62,980 nucleotides of DNA. It comes from an uncultured bacterium. Its GTDB lineage: Bacteria; Patescibacteriota; Minisyncoccia; Phycocordibacterales; UBA9973. Made by a program: the position numbers and the translations under genes. Under the pieces are notes generated by a model that had not been told where the DNA came from, searched no databases, and saw only the letters and a list, made by a program, of their open reading frames with translations. Below, piece by piece: positions 61,603 through 62,980 of the stretch (positions within the stretch are counted from its first letter, which is position 1; each line of letters starts with the position of its first letter). The stretch is taken from the NCBI GenBank assembly GCA_903838985.1, contig CAIMAO010000014.1, positions 1 to 62,980 of the forward strand, written 5' to 3'.

Positions 61603-61779
61603 AAATTGATATATGGAGTACCATATATCAATGGCACTCGGACATTAGGCAAATATATTTGCCTATGATCCTCGTTTATTGATATAATAATAGTGAAACT
61701 TTATAAGGTCGAAACTTAAAAAGTCTTTATTATTAATGTCAGTTTTTATTAACTGACGTGCCGAATAGGCGAAATTATT

Positions 61780-62475
61780 ATGAGTAACATTTGGTTAACA
61801 TGGGGTGATGTTTTTAATGCATCATTACAAAATTTGTGGTGGGGCTTTATTCAATTTGCTCCAAGACTTGTTTTAGCTATTATATTTTTTGTTGTTGGTT
61901 GGGTCTTAGGATCTCTTATTGCTAAAGCATTTCAAGAAGTTTTCCGTGCTTTGAAAATAGACAGCCTTTTCCATTCTATTGGAGTAGGTGATTTCTTTAG
62001 AAAAGCAGGAATGAATTTTAACTCAGGATATTTTATAGGAGAAGTGATTAAATGGTTTGTAATTGTTATTTTCCTTCTTCCTTCTCTTAACTTAATTGGT
62101 TTGGATTACATTGCATCTTTCTTAAAAGATGATGTTCTTGGATTCTTGCCAAAAGTTGTAGTCGCCGCATTTGTTTTGATCATCGCTACAATTGTTGCTG
62201 ATTTCCTTTCAAAGACAGTTTTGGCTGGATCTCGTGCAATGAATTTAAAATCTGCAAATATGCTTGCTTCTTTGGTAAAGTATACTATTTGGATTTTTGC
62301 ATTCATCATAGCATTGGGTCAATTGGGAGTTGCTGAGGGATACATGAATACTCTTTTTGCTGGAATCATAGGTATGCTCGCACTAGGTGGTGCTCTAGCT
62401 TTTGGCTTGGGTGGCAAAGATGCTGCAGCAAAATTGATTTCAAAGCTTGGAGAAGAAATGTCTCATAGACAATAA
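61780..62475 (+). CDS. Multi-pass membrane protein with repeated conserved-TM-helix pattern (mechanosensitive-channel-related?)
   Basis: 231 aa with 4-5 hydrophobic helices and repeated FxP+hVxAhhhhhhG.hh motifs. Functional call is tentative. Confidence 0.4.
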   Translation: MSNIWLTWGDVFNASLQNLWWGFIQFAPRLVLAIIFFVVGWVLGSLIAKAFQEVFRALKIDSLFHSIGVGDFFRKAGMNFNSGYFIGEVIKWFVIVIFLLPSLNLIGLDYIASFLKDDVLGFLPKVVVAAFVLIIATIVADFLSKTVLAGSRAMNLKSANMLASLVKYTIWIFAFIIALGQLGVAEGYMNTLFAGIIGMLALGGALAFGLGGKDAAAKLISKLGEEMSHRQ

Positions 62476-62504
62476 TTATATAGATTTTATTAGGTTTTTT
62501 AGAA

Positions 62505-62533
62505 AAAAGATGTCCCCAGTTGACATCTTTTTT
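62505..62533 (+). terminator. Intrinsic terminator
   Basis: aaaagatgtc-cccagtt-gacatctttt followed by a T-run. Confidence 0.7.
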
Positions 62534-62847
62534 CGTTTAATATATACTCTCTTTATCAGTATGAATATAACAAGAAACATTCTAAAAAGGCGGTGTTAAT
62601 ACAAGCTTTCTTTTGCTTGTTGACCGCCCCGAAGGCGGTTTTTTGTTTGATAGAAATGGCTTGAATATTGACAACTAAAATCCTGTTCCTCGTCTTATAG
62701 CGTGCAGCCTGTACGCGTAGGGTCTTTTTGTAGAGGAAACAGGGCAAGTAAAGAAAATTTTTAAGTAGCGAGCGGTCGTGAAAGAAAATGTTATTTTTTA
62801 CTTTCTTCATTCAAGTTGGATGGAGTAAATGTGGTTTGCAAATTTCT

Positions 62848-62980
62848 TAACAGGAAATTTAAGGGCGTATGGTGGATGCCTTGACTTTAAGAGGCGATGA
62901 AGGACGTGGCGTTGCTGCGATAAGCTTCGGGGAGGTGCTTAGCTACCTTTGATCCGGAGATTTCCGAATGGGGAAACCCT
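62848..62980 (+). rRNA. rrl: 23S ribosomal RNA, 5' end (partial, runs off the window)
   Basis: gggcgtatggtggatgccttg...aggcgatgaaggacgtg...gataagcttcgggga...gatccggagatttccgaatggggaaaccc matches the universally conserved 23S domain I start. The exact 5' end is approximate. Confidence 0.85.

Noticed and set aside
1-62980. Alternative genetic code (UGA recoding, as in some CPR lineages).
   Set aside because: Long housekeeping ORFs are intact under the standard code. TGA is used as a genuine stop (the ileS stop at 29527-29529 overlaps the next ATG).
1-62980. tRNA, tmRNA, RNase P RNA, SRP RNA or 5S rRNA genes in the intergenic regions (especially 47.2-48.1 kb and 62.5-62.85 kb).
   Set aside because: I found no T-loop (GGTTCGAATCC-like) motif or other universal motifs by eye. 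I cannot exclude divergent copies without covariance-model scans.

Overview
This 62,980-nt window is AT-rich, gene-dense and mostly housekeeping. It resembles a small-genome, Patescibacteria/CPR (Parcubacteria-like) bacterium; that taxonomic call is inference from gene content and style only. Standard genetic code: TGA terminates ileS.

Ordinary content:
- A type IV pilus/competence set: pilB, pilC and four prepilin-like genes behind a 1242-aa surface protein, plus a split comEC, recA, ssb, recJ and recO.
- Glycolysis (tpiA, pgk).
- Five aminoacyl-tRNA synthetases (argS, ileS, glyQS, metG).
- A nucleotide-salvage cluster (DNPH1-like, tmk, Nudix, dut).
- rpsF-ssb-rpsR, efp, ftsK and rplJ-rplL.
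- Two further giant secreted proteins.
- The 5' end of a 23S rRNA with no 16S rRNA upstream.

Most interesting non-standard signals:
1. Accessory island at 51.2-54.6 kb. Four near-identical ~88-nt repeats, each a palindrome plus an intrinsic terminator, delimit gene cassettes. The cassettes are a frameshifted NYN gene, a RayT-like Y1 transposase with four copies of the palindrome cccctacaccaggtgtagggg, HicB-HicA-DUF2283, and a PemK/MazF remnant.
2. At least three families of nested-hairpin elements. Each has an A/T-rich outer stem of 14-26 bp enclosing a conserved G/C-rich core. They occupy every intergenic spacer from efp to 47.4 kb and the rplL terminator. A similarly built element sits in-frame inside recJ.
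3. A 20-nt G/C-rich motif shared exactly between argS and ftsK in different reading frames.
4. A ~190-aa histidine-phosphatase (RHG) domain inserted inside IleRS.
5. A thrombospondin type-1-repeat-like cysteine module in the pilus-adjacent surface protein.
6. Widespread TATAAT-N6-9-ATG (leaderless-type) gene starts.

All functional calls rest on motif recognition by eye. No database search was run.
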